From: Eledone cirrhosa
Taxonomy: Eukaryota
Length of the DNA stretch: 64,000 bases
NCBI GenBank assembly: GCA_964016885.1
Contig: OZ024740.1
Span: 329,964,001 to 330,028,000 of the forward strand
Direction of reading: 5' to 3'
How positions within the stretch are numbered: position 1 is the first letter of the stretch; every line of letters begins with the position of its first letter. Positions 50,946 through 64,000 of this stretch are shown here, piece after piece. The notes beneath the pieces are model-generated. The model worked only from the letters and a program-made list of their open reading frames with translations. It was not told where the DNA came from and searched no databases. The position numbers and the translations under genes are program-made.

Positions 50946-53900
50946 AATAATCAAAGTTCAGTTTAAGTCATTTATTTGCTTACAATTGTTTCCTCCAAAC
51001 CGAGGTTTGATTCTTCGGAGCAACTATTTACTGATCTATAACATACTTGACCTCCTTTTCAACCCAAGAGACATATAAAACATATGCGCATATTGATCAA
51101 CAGTGGGGTAGCATTCATCAAATGATATAGCATGGCAATTTACATATAAAGTTTACAGGATAAAAATAAAAATAAAAACAAAAATGAAAATAAAGATAAA
51201 CATGAAGGGTTGGCAGTCTATGAAGATAAAGCAAGAGGAAAGTTTAGAGTAGTCAGTGTATGAAACAATCTCACGTGTAGCATGCACGCGTGTCTTATTT
51301 ATACATGATTAGAGTGCGTCAGAATGATATTTGCAGGGTCAGGCAGTTGAAGCAGGCAATCGATCTTATTATGTGGGCTGAATTATTAAGTCATTTATTC
51401 GCATACATCTGTATGATATACAGTCCCGGATGCAGGGAAACACCAAAATATCAGAAACTTTCAACATACTATAAACCTTATTGTATCGTAGGCAAAGCCG
51501 TACCACTGTCTTCGCTCACCACTCACATAATCCATGAGACGCAATATATAGAACACGTGTCTATCGTATAATTCACGATGGTTCGGCATATAATCAAGTT
51601 ATATACCGTATCTAGTCGGTTCTTAATTAATAGATCATGCTGTTTAGATTCCGGAAGTGTCTGAAAGACTAAGGGGAGTTAAAGCGTCAGGGGAGGTAAC
51701 TAGCTAGTTATCTTAGTTAAATTATTATCCTAAACTACATTAATGGTGATTCAAATACGTGCCTATCATATGAAGTTATAACTAATTTCTAGAGTATGTT
51801 TCACATTTATAGGTTAGAGAGTTGTCCATTAAGAAGTACAAGGGTGTATATATTAGGATGATTACCATCCATTAAGGGGTGTCATATCTGAACATTCTAT
51901 AAGAGGAGTCAGACTCTCAAATCACTGTTCCATGCAAATGTAATATAACAGTAGGACCTGGTATGGTCCCACTATTATATATGCCCCCGGTAGGCTCCGG
52001 GTCATTGCATGTCTGAATCTCCTGTAAGTCTGGATACCTTCGGGGTGGTCCGGAGATCTAATTTCTCATATAAAGGCAATATTCTGGTCATCAAGCAATA
52101 GACAACCCCCATCTCATATATAAATCAATTAGGTATCACATCTACAAGTTAGAGTGGAGTCTATTAATAGGTACTAAAGGAGTTCATATCATGATGATTA
52201 CAATCTGGAGATTAAATCTCTCATACCAGGACACCTGTCTGGCCACCAAGCAATACATAAACTCGCATCCTACATATAGATCAGGTATCCCATCCACAAG
52301 TTAGAGTGGAGTCCAGTAACAAGTACTAAAGGAGTTCATATCATGAAGACTACAATCCAACATGGGGTGCCACACCTGGCCAATCCATAAGAAGAGTCAG
52401 ACTACATAATTAATTACATGGGTCTCACTATCAGTAATGGTCTTATTATCGTACATGACTCCCGGCGAGATTCAGGTCGTAGTATGACTGCATCCCCGGT
52501 AAATTCACCAGGGTGGTCCAGTGGCCGGTTCTCTCGTCAAAAGATGCCGGTCAGGCCACCAGGCAACACAGAGGCTCCTAACTCATGCATCACCTGTGCA
52601 TAGTTCATTGAACTGATCGTTTACAGTATATATTCACATAACAATACGATTATCTATCTAATCATCAATCTATCTCTTGGTGGTAATCCATGCACAGGAC
52701 TATGTTATCGCAACCAGTACCGTGTCCGCGGTTTATACTAATCTTATACTTGTGCAATGCAGCTTAAGTAGTCCACGGTCGAGATATCAGAATTAGAGGT
52801 ACAAGGGGGTATTCCCAGTGTAGGTGGTACTACAATGCTGTCAGTATTTTCTTTAGAGTATATAAATGGGTGTGGATGTGAGGTGTAAGGTGAGCTACTG
52901 ATGTTAATTGCTAGGGGTGGTGCCGGTTCCAGTCTGACATTATTATATATAGGGTTTAAAGTTTTGGAACGAGTGTCGGAAGCGGTGTTGGCAAGTTGCG
53001 AACACTTCTGATTTTTTATTAAGGAGATTATGTTTAGAGAAGATGATAGTATGGGTCTCTAGTAGACAGAGGTTACAAAATTTATTAGGTGGTTTGTATG
53101 ATGTTGCACTACCTACCACTTCCCATTTAAGTGTATATATTTTATTTTTAGTTTTTAGATAGTGTATGTAGCTAGATAGTGAAGTGGAGTTGGCTAGACT
53201 GTGTTTTTTGAAAGAGTGGAGGTGCGAATTGTATCTAGTTTTGAAGCAGTTAGAAGTAGAGCCTATATAGGTTTCAGAAGAGTTGTTAGTTGTGACTGTA
53301 CATGAGTATATGATATCCTTGGTTAAGCATTTTTTATCTAAAGGGCAGGTTCTACTTGATCTACAGTTACAATTACTCTGGGTGCTAGTCTGCCGGTTAC
53401 TATGCTGTGTAGAAGTTTGGATGTTAGCTATAGGGTTATGGTTATGTGGGTTGTGGTACGCAGCGTTAATGTTTACACTAGTGCTATTACTATTATTTCC
53501 ATTGATATTACGGTTAGTTGCTATAATGTTACTTTGACTGTTATTTTGAATGTTATTTTGAAGGTTTATCGACTGTTGTGATTTAGTTTGTTGGAAGTAA
53601 GAATTAATTTTTTCTTTTATGTGTACTAGCTATGTGGTATGCTAAGTTAGGCGTAGTAGAGTATGAGATCTTAATAGTGTTTTTGTTTAAAAGGCCGTGG
53701 TACCTGTGGCCGGATGGGAAGTGTTTATCTAGTAGTGAGAAGAAAGCCCTAGGTAGGTTGGTAGAGACGTTTAAATTGAAAGGAGGGTTGAAAATGTATT
53801 ATTTCTTCTTCTATTTCTGTTTTTTATGTCAGATGATTTGTTTCCTTTAATGTTCCTATGGTAATTTCTGTGGTGCGGGTTACTTTTGTTGTTACTATCC

Positions 53901-54690
53901 CTATTAGTGTGTGTGCAGTTGCTATTCCTATTATTGAATTTTCCCATGGTCATGTTGTGTGAAATGATGTTGTAGCTATGTGTTTTTGTAGGTAGGAACT
54001 CTATCCCTGCATTATGGCCTGATCTAGCTAATGCCTGATTATAATACTGCGAGTTATTGTTAAATGTGTATATGTCATAGGATAGATTAGAGATTCTATT
54101 AGATACTCCCTTAGAGATAGAGTTCAATATAGATTTAGGGTGGTTAGACTTGGTATCTACGTAGATGAGTTTTTCATTAGGTTTGTGGAAAGGTGCATAT
54201 ATCATTGAGTCTAGGTAGAGTGTGGCGTCTAGGAAGTTGACGTTTTGGGTGTTTTGTCCATGGTAATACTAAGGTTAAAGTTTTTGAATGTTTTGTGCAA
54301 TAGTTTTCTAGTCCTTTCTATATTGAATTTTTTATAGTCTATAAATAGAAGTGCATCGTCGCGATACAAACCACCGCTGAGGCAGGGAAGTTCCCTGTGG
54401 ATTTGGTTAAGTAAGTATAGGCCAACTAAATCAGTGACCTGCGCCGAGTCACTAGACCCCATAGTAATGTCGAAGTTGTTTTGCGTATCCTTGCGGGTCC
54501 ATAATTGGTCTTCAAAGGTGATTATTGTTTTACGGGCCGCAAGTATGACATCAATCTGGGGTCTAGTCAGGTCACTATTGTCCATGGCCATTATAAGTGC
54601 CTTATTTAGTAGGATAGGGGAAATAGAGGTGTAGTAAGAGTTGATATCAAATTGAATACATTTTTTATCCTTGTTATCTATGATAATACT
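50941..54690 (-). mobile_element. PLE family C (Nematis-like), 5'-truncated, with a ~2-kb repeat-containing 3' UTR
   Basis: CIQFDINSYYTSI, FDITMGSSDSAQVTDL, GGLYRDDAL, then CNCRSSRTCPLDKKC, IIYSC...TYIGST and CNLCLLE, ending near 52945. HHR at 50976-51023. Assigning the whole UTR to this element is an inference. Confidence 0.8.
50976..51023 (-). ncRNA. Hammerhead variant U4C (CCGAAGA core)
   Basis: rc: TTGCT CCGAAGA A-TCAAACC tc GGTTTGG-AG GAAA CAATTG TA AGCAA, with a perfect 5-bp stem I and a palindromic ACAATTGT stem III. Confidence 0.7.
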
Positions 54691-55010
54691 ATATATATAT
54701 ATATATATATATGAAAGACGTAAAACAAAAAAAATTATAAAAATTAACTTACTAAAATTTTTAATAGACTTCCCAGATGACGAAAGGATTTCTCCGTGCG
54801 CTTTTTCGGAAACCATGTTTATTCCCTTTCAGTAACTAATTAGTTGGAGTGAAATATTAGTAAGTTAATTTTTATAATTTTCTCATTTTATGTCTTTCAT
54901 ATTATTGTTTTGCATCCCTTGCATTAAACCACAAAGTTACTAAGACAAAACCTATATATTTGCTAGCATAGGTATGCATCTGTATATATATGTTGGTAGA
55001 TATACTAATT

Positions 55011-55079
<69 letters not shown>

Positions 55080-55117
55080 ATATTTAAAAGAATAGAGGTG
55101 TAACACACAAGTTATTA

Positions 55118-56823
55118 TATATTGGTAAACGGAATAGAAAATGCTGACAAATTGTTCACAGTGAAAACTAGTTTAATTAGGAATAAGTGAGAATTAGTAA
55201 TTGTATTGGTTAGTATTCAGTTTTGGTTTTAAGTTTCACCGGTTGCGCATTTCTAATGCTTTTCAAAAATAATTTTGAGATAGAGCGTCCGTGATGTTTG
55301 CTCTGATCTGATTAGTTTTGGGAATTCTACCTGTTTTTGTTAAAAAAGTGGCTCCAGCGGTATTAAAATAAATTTTGCGCCAATTCGTGTTGCAAAAATT
55401 CTTGTGGTCAAAACAATTTTGATTGGTCGGTAGAGGTCATGTGAAACAAAAAAATTGATTTTGCGCCAAATGTAAGTTTGTGTCAACTGACTGAGAAATG
55501 ACTCTTTCACAACAAATATGTGTGTGTGTGTGTGTAGTAGTAGTAAAGTGTTCGTTGTTGTGATAATGGTCAGCAGGGATGTGTGTGCGAACCGCAGCCT
55601 GTTGACACTTCAAATGCCTATTAAGACAAGTGTATCTGTGTGTGTGTTTGTGTAGCAGAGTAATTTGTGGTAGAGGGATGGTCAGTAGGAATGTGTCTGT
55701 AAGTGAGTGGGAGATATTTTAACATGTTAAAATATATTTTTCCCAAAAACTAATCAGAGTAATTCGTGGTAGAGGGATGGTCAGTAGGAATGTGTCTGTA
55801 AGTGAGTGAGGGATATTTTAGCATGTCAAAAGATATTTTTCAGCTCTTGTCTTATACGGAGAAGTGTGTGTGTGTGTGTGTGTGTGTATATGTCTCTTTG
55901 TATGTTAATGTACGCGTGTGTATGTGTGTGTGTATATATGTGTGTGTTTGTGTGTGAGAATATGTGTGTGTGTGTTTGTGGGTGGACCAGTATTTTTTTC
56001 CTGGTAAAATGGTGTACATTATTCGATATTTTCATTTTGCCAGGAAAAATATACTGGTCCACCCACACACACACACACACACATTCACACACACACACAT
56101 ATATATACACACACACATACACACGCGTACATTAACATACAAAGAGACATATACACACACACACACACTTCTCCGTATAAGACAAGAGCTGAAAAATATA
56201 TTTGGACATGTTAAAATATCCCCCACTCACTTACAGACACATTCCTACTGACCATCCCTCTACCACGAATTACTCTGCTACACCCCACCCCCCCCCCACA
56301 CACACACCTACACACACACTTGTCTTAATAAGCATTTGAACTGTCAGCAGGCTGCGGTTCGCACACACAACCCTGCTGACCATTATCACAACAACGAACA
56401 CTTTACTACTACTACACACACACACACATATTTGTTGTGAAAGAATAATTTCTCAGTCAGCTGACACAAACCTACATTTGGCGCAAAATCAATTTTTTAC
56501 ATTCACATGACCTCTACCGACCAATCAAAATTGTTTTGACCACAAGAATTTTTGTAACACGAATTGGCGCAAAATTTATTTTAATACCGCTGGAGCCACT
56601 TTTTTAACATAAAAACAGGTAGAATTCCCAAAACTAATCAGATCAGAGCAAACATCACGGACGCTCTATCTCAAAATTATTTTTGAAAAGAATTAGAAAT
56701 ACGCAACCGGTAAAACTTAAAACCAAAACTGAATACTAACCAATACAATTACTAATTCTCACTTATTCCTAATTAAACTATTTTTCACTGTGAACAATTT
56801 GTCAGCATTTTCTATTCCCTTTA

Positions 56824-56828
<5 letters not shown>
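55118..56828. mobile_element. 1.7-kb fold-back palindrome of the family E (Neptune-like) pLTR
   Basis: Arms of about 800-900 bp are reverse complements around about 56020. The left arm matches 60342-61230. (TA)n lies at both ends. Confidence 0.93.
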
Positions 56829-58906
<2,078 letters not shown>

Positions 58907-59007
58907 TGAGAGAGAGACCTAGATAGATCGATGTGTAAATACATACATACATATATTATATATATAAATATAATATATGTATGTAGATCTATCTGGTCTC
59001 TCTCTTA

Positions 59008-59054
<47 letters not shown>

Positions 59055-60264
59055 AGTGTGCGTATGTCTGTATTTACACTGTTGCTTGCGAATTATTGAC
59101 GATATTTTATTTTTCGTCCATTTTAAACAAGTATATATTCAGACATTAATATTTTTATGTTACAATGGCATAATATTTGACAACTTTAATACAACAAAAT
59201 GCATAACCTTTAAGTCGAAGAGTGATTGGATATATAATTTATCGAGATAAAATAAAATATAAATAAATGTTTATTTTTATATCTCATTCTATCTGTTTTC
59301 TGACAAAAGACATATTTATTGTGAGAGGCGGGGTCGATCATTATTGAACCTCATAATCCAAAGCGATCGTTTTGCTTATAGCTCCTGAGTTGTGGTGTTC
59401 AATAACTGTCGCTCTCGGCTTTGTGTACATGTTCAATATAACTGGTGGCTTTTCAAACTGTATTTGTCAAGGGCGGCTACCAAATTCCACAAAATCTTTC
59501 GATATATACACATAGTTAAAGAAAGTCTGACAGTTTAAGATAATGTTGCATATAATATGACATGTTGTTTATATCTGGAATTTGGTCGCTTATATCAAAC
59601 AAAATGGAATTCTGAGGAGTAGAGCGCATCTGGAGTACAAGTAAACGATTATGATTCCATATGCCAACATATATTTCCACCATTTTTGCACTGTTTAACG
59701 TTATAATGACATGAATTACGCAGCAGGAAGGATCTATGTATTCATAACAATAATTAGCAAACCCAGAATTATATTCGCAAATGTATTACGATGAATGAAA
59801 GATCTGAACAGAAGCAAATATCCGACACGAAATTGATATCCATTGATATCCATTACAACGATGGAACTGCATAATACCATACAGTATTTTACGCCAACAG
59901 AATTTGACACAGAAAAAAACGTAGTATAAATATTGTGCGCAAAATAAAAAAGTAGGCAACAGGTCATATAATTTTGATAATTGAAAATTATAAAAACGGG
60001 AATGAATGGTTACAAATTATATTCGAAGTCACTTGAAACATATCTAATAAATCGAAACATATATAATTTGAATTAATTCAGGATAACACTAGATAGAATT
60101 AAACATACTTGTAGCAAACGATATAAAATCAATAAGGAAATTATATTAACCATAATGATTTCCAAAATTGCATATAGAATATTGATTAAAGATGTGAAAA
60201 ATGTTTGTAATGATTATTGGAAATCCATATTATTTTACAGAAAATGCAGCCCCCCAGCTCCACA

Positions 60265-60341
<77 letters not shown>

Positions 60342-60346
<5 letters not shown>

Positions 60347-60986
60347 TAAACGGAAAAGAAAATGCTGACAAATTGTTCACAGTGAAAAATAGTTTAATTA
60401 GGAATAAGTGAGAATTAGTAATAGTATTGGTTAGTATTCAGTTTTGGTTTTAAGTTTTACCGGTTGCGCATTTCTAATGCTTTTCAAAAATAATTTTGAG
60501 ATGGAGCGTCCGTTCTGATCTGATTAGTTTTGGGAATTCCACCTGTTTTTATGTTAAAAAAGTGGCTCCAGCGGTATTAAAATAAGTTTCGCGCCAATTC
60601 GTGTTGTAAAAATTCTTGTGGTCTAAACAATTTTGATTGGTCGGTAGAATGTTAAAAATAGATTTTGCGCCAAATGTAGGTTTGTGCCGGCTGATTGAGA
60701 AGTCACTGAGAAACAAGTCTTTCAAAAGAAATATGTGTGTGTGTGTGTGTGTAGTAGTAGTAAAGAGGTTCGTTGTTGTGATAATGGTCAGCAGGGATGT
60801 TTGTGCGAAACGCAGCCTGTTGACAGTTCATATGCCTATTAAGACAAGTGTGAGTGTGTGCGTGTCTGTGTGTGTGTAGCAGAGTAATTCGTGGTAGAGG
60901 GATGGTCAGTAGGAATGTGTCTGTAAGTGTGTGGGGGATATTTTAACGTGTTAAAAGATATTTTTCAGCTCTTGTCTTATACAGAG

Positions 60987-61053
<67 letters not shown>

Positions 61054-61058
61054 TGTGT

Positions 61059-61101
<43 letters not shown>

Positions 61102-61176
61102 TTTGTATGTTAATGTACGCGTGTGTATGTGTGTATATATGTGTGTGTGTGCGCATACACATATGTGTGTGTGAGA

Positions 61177-61224
<48 letters not shown>

Positions 61225-62545
61225 ACCAGTAATTATTTTCTGGTACTGGTGAAATTATTCGATATTTTCAGTAAAATCGATTCCCTCAATAGGACATCAA
61301 AAACCTTAATAATAAAAAAAGGGTGTCAAATGATATATAGTATTGGCATAATACCAAGGTGTGTGCGAGTGTGTCCAGATTGTACGTACTGCAAGGGTAA
61401 TCCATTAGGCCTTGCCGTATTGGAATACTTGTGCACAAATATGTATCTGCAGTGTGTCCAGAAATTGTATACCTAAGCACAAATTTTATACTTGTGTACA
61501 CATTGTACACATGTATCTGGAGTGTCTCCAGAAATTGTATACCTGTGCACAAATATGTATCTGGAGTGTGACCAGATTGTACGTACTGCGAGGGGAATCC
61601 ATTAGGCCTTGCCGTATTGGAATACTTGTGTACAAATATGTATGTGCCCATCTGTGTGCAATGCATGTGTGCGTTTATGTATGTGTGTGTGTCGGCACGT
61701 TTATATCTATAGACATCAAAAGGTATGCAAATTTGTGTATATTTGTGTTGCACCATTGAACATGTGTGTTTACGTATGTCATTGTGTTTATATGTGGGTA
61801 GAGATGTATGCTGATGTAGGTATGTATGTTGACGTGTGTATGTTGTGCGTTCGACTTAGGGAGAAGTGTTTAGACGGGGTCTGTATTTGTTAATAAAGTA
61901 AGATTCCTTGCTGATGCGCTGGGTGTGGGTGGCATTATCTTTAAATTTGTAGAGGGGAAAGATTCTGAAGTTGGGATGATTTTGGGCGGCAAAGGTATCA
62001 ATGTGTTCACTCAGTGGTATTTTCCTGTATTCCCGTATTTTAATTTAGGATCTATGGACAGTCATGCGTTGCGAAGGCTGTTGTTGGTCTGGCCTATGTA
62101 TTGTTCTCGACAACCTGAGCAAGTTAATACATATATTAGATTTTCTGATGCGCATGTGAAATTGTGTTTTACTATAAAACGTTGTCCTTCTTTGAAATAG
62201 AATTCAGAACCCTCTATTAGGTTGATGCAAATGCCACAGTTCGGTCTATGGCAGTTGTTTACTGTGGGTTTCGTTGTTGTGGTTGGCAGTACTTTGGCAT
62301 GTGTTAGGATGTTTTTCATTGACTTAGATTGTCTTTTGCTCTTTATGATATCGTGTGTTCGTAGGATTTGGTTCATTCTATGGTCCTTTGTCAACACAGG
62401 GATGTTCTGGAGGCTGGTGTCAAAGGTCTCATTGTTGGGGGGGGTTGTGTGTGGAGATGTATGGAAGAGCTTTTAGTTTCGGTTGCCTTACTTTAGGGTG
62501 TCTAAGGTCCTGGGTACTGAGTTTTAGGGCACGTTGGATTCCATA
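60342..62545 (-). mobile_element. PLE family E (Neptune-like) 3' part: GIY-YIG remnant + long pLTR
   Basis: ORF 62062-62397 reads CHRPNCGICINL...FTCASENLIYVLTCSGCREQYIGQT, close to the element at 2690-4765. Internal ~75-bp duplicated units at 61372-61640. Confidence 0.88.
60455..60490 (-). ncRNA. Hammerhead-like variant UUGAAAA + GCAA, family E
   Basis: rc: TTT TTGAAAA GCAT tagaa ATGC GCAA CCGG TA AAA. Also present at 55234-55269 (-) and 56680-56715 (+). Confidence 0.55.
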
Positions 62546-62677
62546 TATATATATATGTGTGTGTGTGTGTATGTGTGTGTATGTGTGTGTATGTGTGTGT
62601 GTGTGTGTGTGCGCTCGCGCGCGTGTGTGTATGTCTATATTTATATATATATATATATATACACATTCACACACATG

Positions 62678-62750
<73 letters not shown>

Positions 62751-62753
<3 letters not shown>

Positions 62754-63100
62754 CGTGGGGACATACAAATAGTCGGGCTGGATACCTGATCGTGCGGTTA
62801 AACCACTGGGATTGAAGGACCCCTTGACTTTGTCAGGGCATTCTTCTAGGAGAAGGCAACTCAGGAAACTACGATAACTGCGACACAAACCTGCGGCTCA
62901 GTAGTTACCCATGATGTTGATATTTTCTTCTTTCCGCGTTATAGCCATTGTCGCTTAGAGAGTGGGATTGGCTCAGTGCACAGTCTTTCTTCACTTTAAA
63001 AATGTCTTTGCGCACAGTCATTGCCCGATGGTATCAATATATATTAATAATGGTATATCGTGCAATGGTCATACTCGATAACGAGGTAGCAGCCATCAAC
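62751..63100 (+). mobile_element. Short bipartite RTE-derived element (5' UTR-like part + RTE 3' end)
   Basis: GGGCATTCTTCTAGGAGAAGGCAACTC resembles RTE 5' UTRs. The 3' end CGATAACGAGGTAGCAGCCATCAACAT matches the RTE 3' end at 21130-21160. Confidence 0.55.
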
Positions 63101-63164
<64 letters not shown>

Positions 63165-63219
63165 GTGAGGTTTTTTTTACAAAATGAAAAATAACCGAGG
63201 TGTCCTACACGAGTGGAAG

Positions 63220-63520
63220 TATAAAGAAAAAGGGATGAAATCGAAAATGCAACTGAAGTCTTATTTTTTTTTAAAATATATATATTTATTTGGTTCCTTT
63301 ACCGGTTTCGCAGTTCTTCTGCTTTTCAAAAGGTGAGTTGATATGGAGGGTCTGTGGTTTTTCTCACATCTGTGAGAAAAACCACAGACCCTCCATCTCA
63401 ACTCACCTTTTGAAAAGCAGAAGAACTGCGAAACCGGTAATGGAACCAAATAAATATATATATTTTAAAATTTAAAAAAAAAATAAGACTTCAGTTGCAT
63501 TTTCGATTTCATCCCTTTTT

Positions 63521-63525
<5 letters not shown>
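63220..63525. repeat. About 300-bp fold-back palindrome (family F pLTR) with two opposed hammerheads
   Basis: Arms are reverse complements around TCTCACATCTGTGAGA near 63370. Confidence 0.93.
63296..63333 (-). ncRNA. Minimal hammerhead variant U3-A8 (UUGAAAA core)
   Basis: rc: CCTT TTGAAAA GCAG aagaa CTGC GAAA CCGG TA AAGG. Mirror copy at 63406-63443 (+). Confidence 0.8.
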
Positions 63526-63569
<44 letters not shown>

Positions 63570-63571
<2 letters not shown>

Positions 63572-63617
63572 TCGAGCCCTCTTTGGATTTTAGTCTTCAA
63601 ATTTATTATTATTACTA
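63570..63617 (+). mobile_element. Isolated ~47-bp extreme 3' tail of PLE family A inside (TA)n
   Basis: ATCGAGCCCTCTTTGGATTTTAGTCTTCAAATTTATTATTATTACT is the reverse complement of 36391-36436. Confidence 0.9.
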
Positions 63618-63639
63618 TATATATATATATATATATATA

Positions 63640-63785
63640 TCAGTCGCCTCTGTGTCACTTTTGAGCTGACTTTTGGGAGGCTCCCATACAGCTCTGAGTG
63701 TTTCATCCTCAGTGTATACTGATTAATGTTCAGGCCATCCTCAGCATTCTCCTGTAGCACCCATCTACGATCTGAGAGGCCTACA
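63640..63785 (-). mobile_element. RTE-X-like LINE RT C-terminal fragment
   Basis: rc encodes VDGCYRRMLRMALNI and, after a frameshift, ELYGSLPKVSSKVTQRRL. Confidence 0.7.
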
Positions 63786-63885
63786 AGTACAAATATTTGT
63801 ATAATTATTTGTGTATGTGTGTGTATATATATATATATATATACACACATACACAAATAATTATACACATATTTGTACTTGTAGG

Positions 63886-63888
<3 letters not shown>
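63777..63888. repeat. Palindrome centred on (TA)n
   Basis: AGGCCTACAAGTACAAATAT...(TA)n...ATATTTGTACTTGTAGGCCT. Confidence 0.92.
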
Positions 63889-63949
<61 letters not shown>

Positions 63950-64000
63950 TTACCAGGAAAAGTAATAGCAAGGAAGTATAGCTATTTAGAATATTAGCTA

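Overview
AT-rich, repeat-saturated eukaryotic DNA, probably from a coleoid cephalopod (inferred from Nin/Deu-type tRNA SINEs, dense (TA)n/(CA)n/(GA)n tracts and abundant Penelope-like elements). I recognise no host gene. The window is dominated by Penelope-like retroelements (PLEs; RT plus C-terminal GIY-YIG) of at least six to seven families, mostly abutting (TA)n. It also holds R4/Dong, RTE and L1/Tx1-like LINE fragments, seven SINE copies and a probable non-autonomous Helitron/Helentron. The main hidden signal is a set of more than 20 type I hammerhead ribozyme (HHR) motifs from about 10 sequence families, which I folded by eye. Several families carry family-wide non-canonical catalytic cores: CAGAAGA (U4A), UUGANAA (compensatory U3-A8), UUGAAAA plus GCAA (A13C) and CCGAAGA (U4C). 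Many HHRs sit in fold-back palindromes or in ribozyme-only tandem modules inside (TA)n. Some pseudo-LTRs carry repeated E2F/CCAAT/E-box modules upstream of the ribozyme. Ribozyme activity, clade names and the organism are inferences. No searches or folding programs were run, and element boundaries are approximate.
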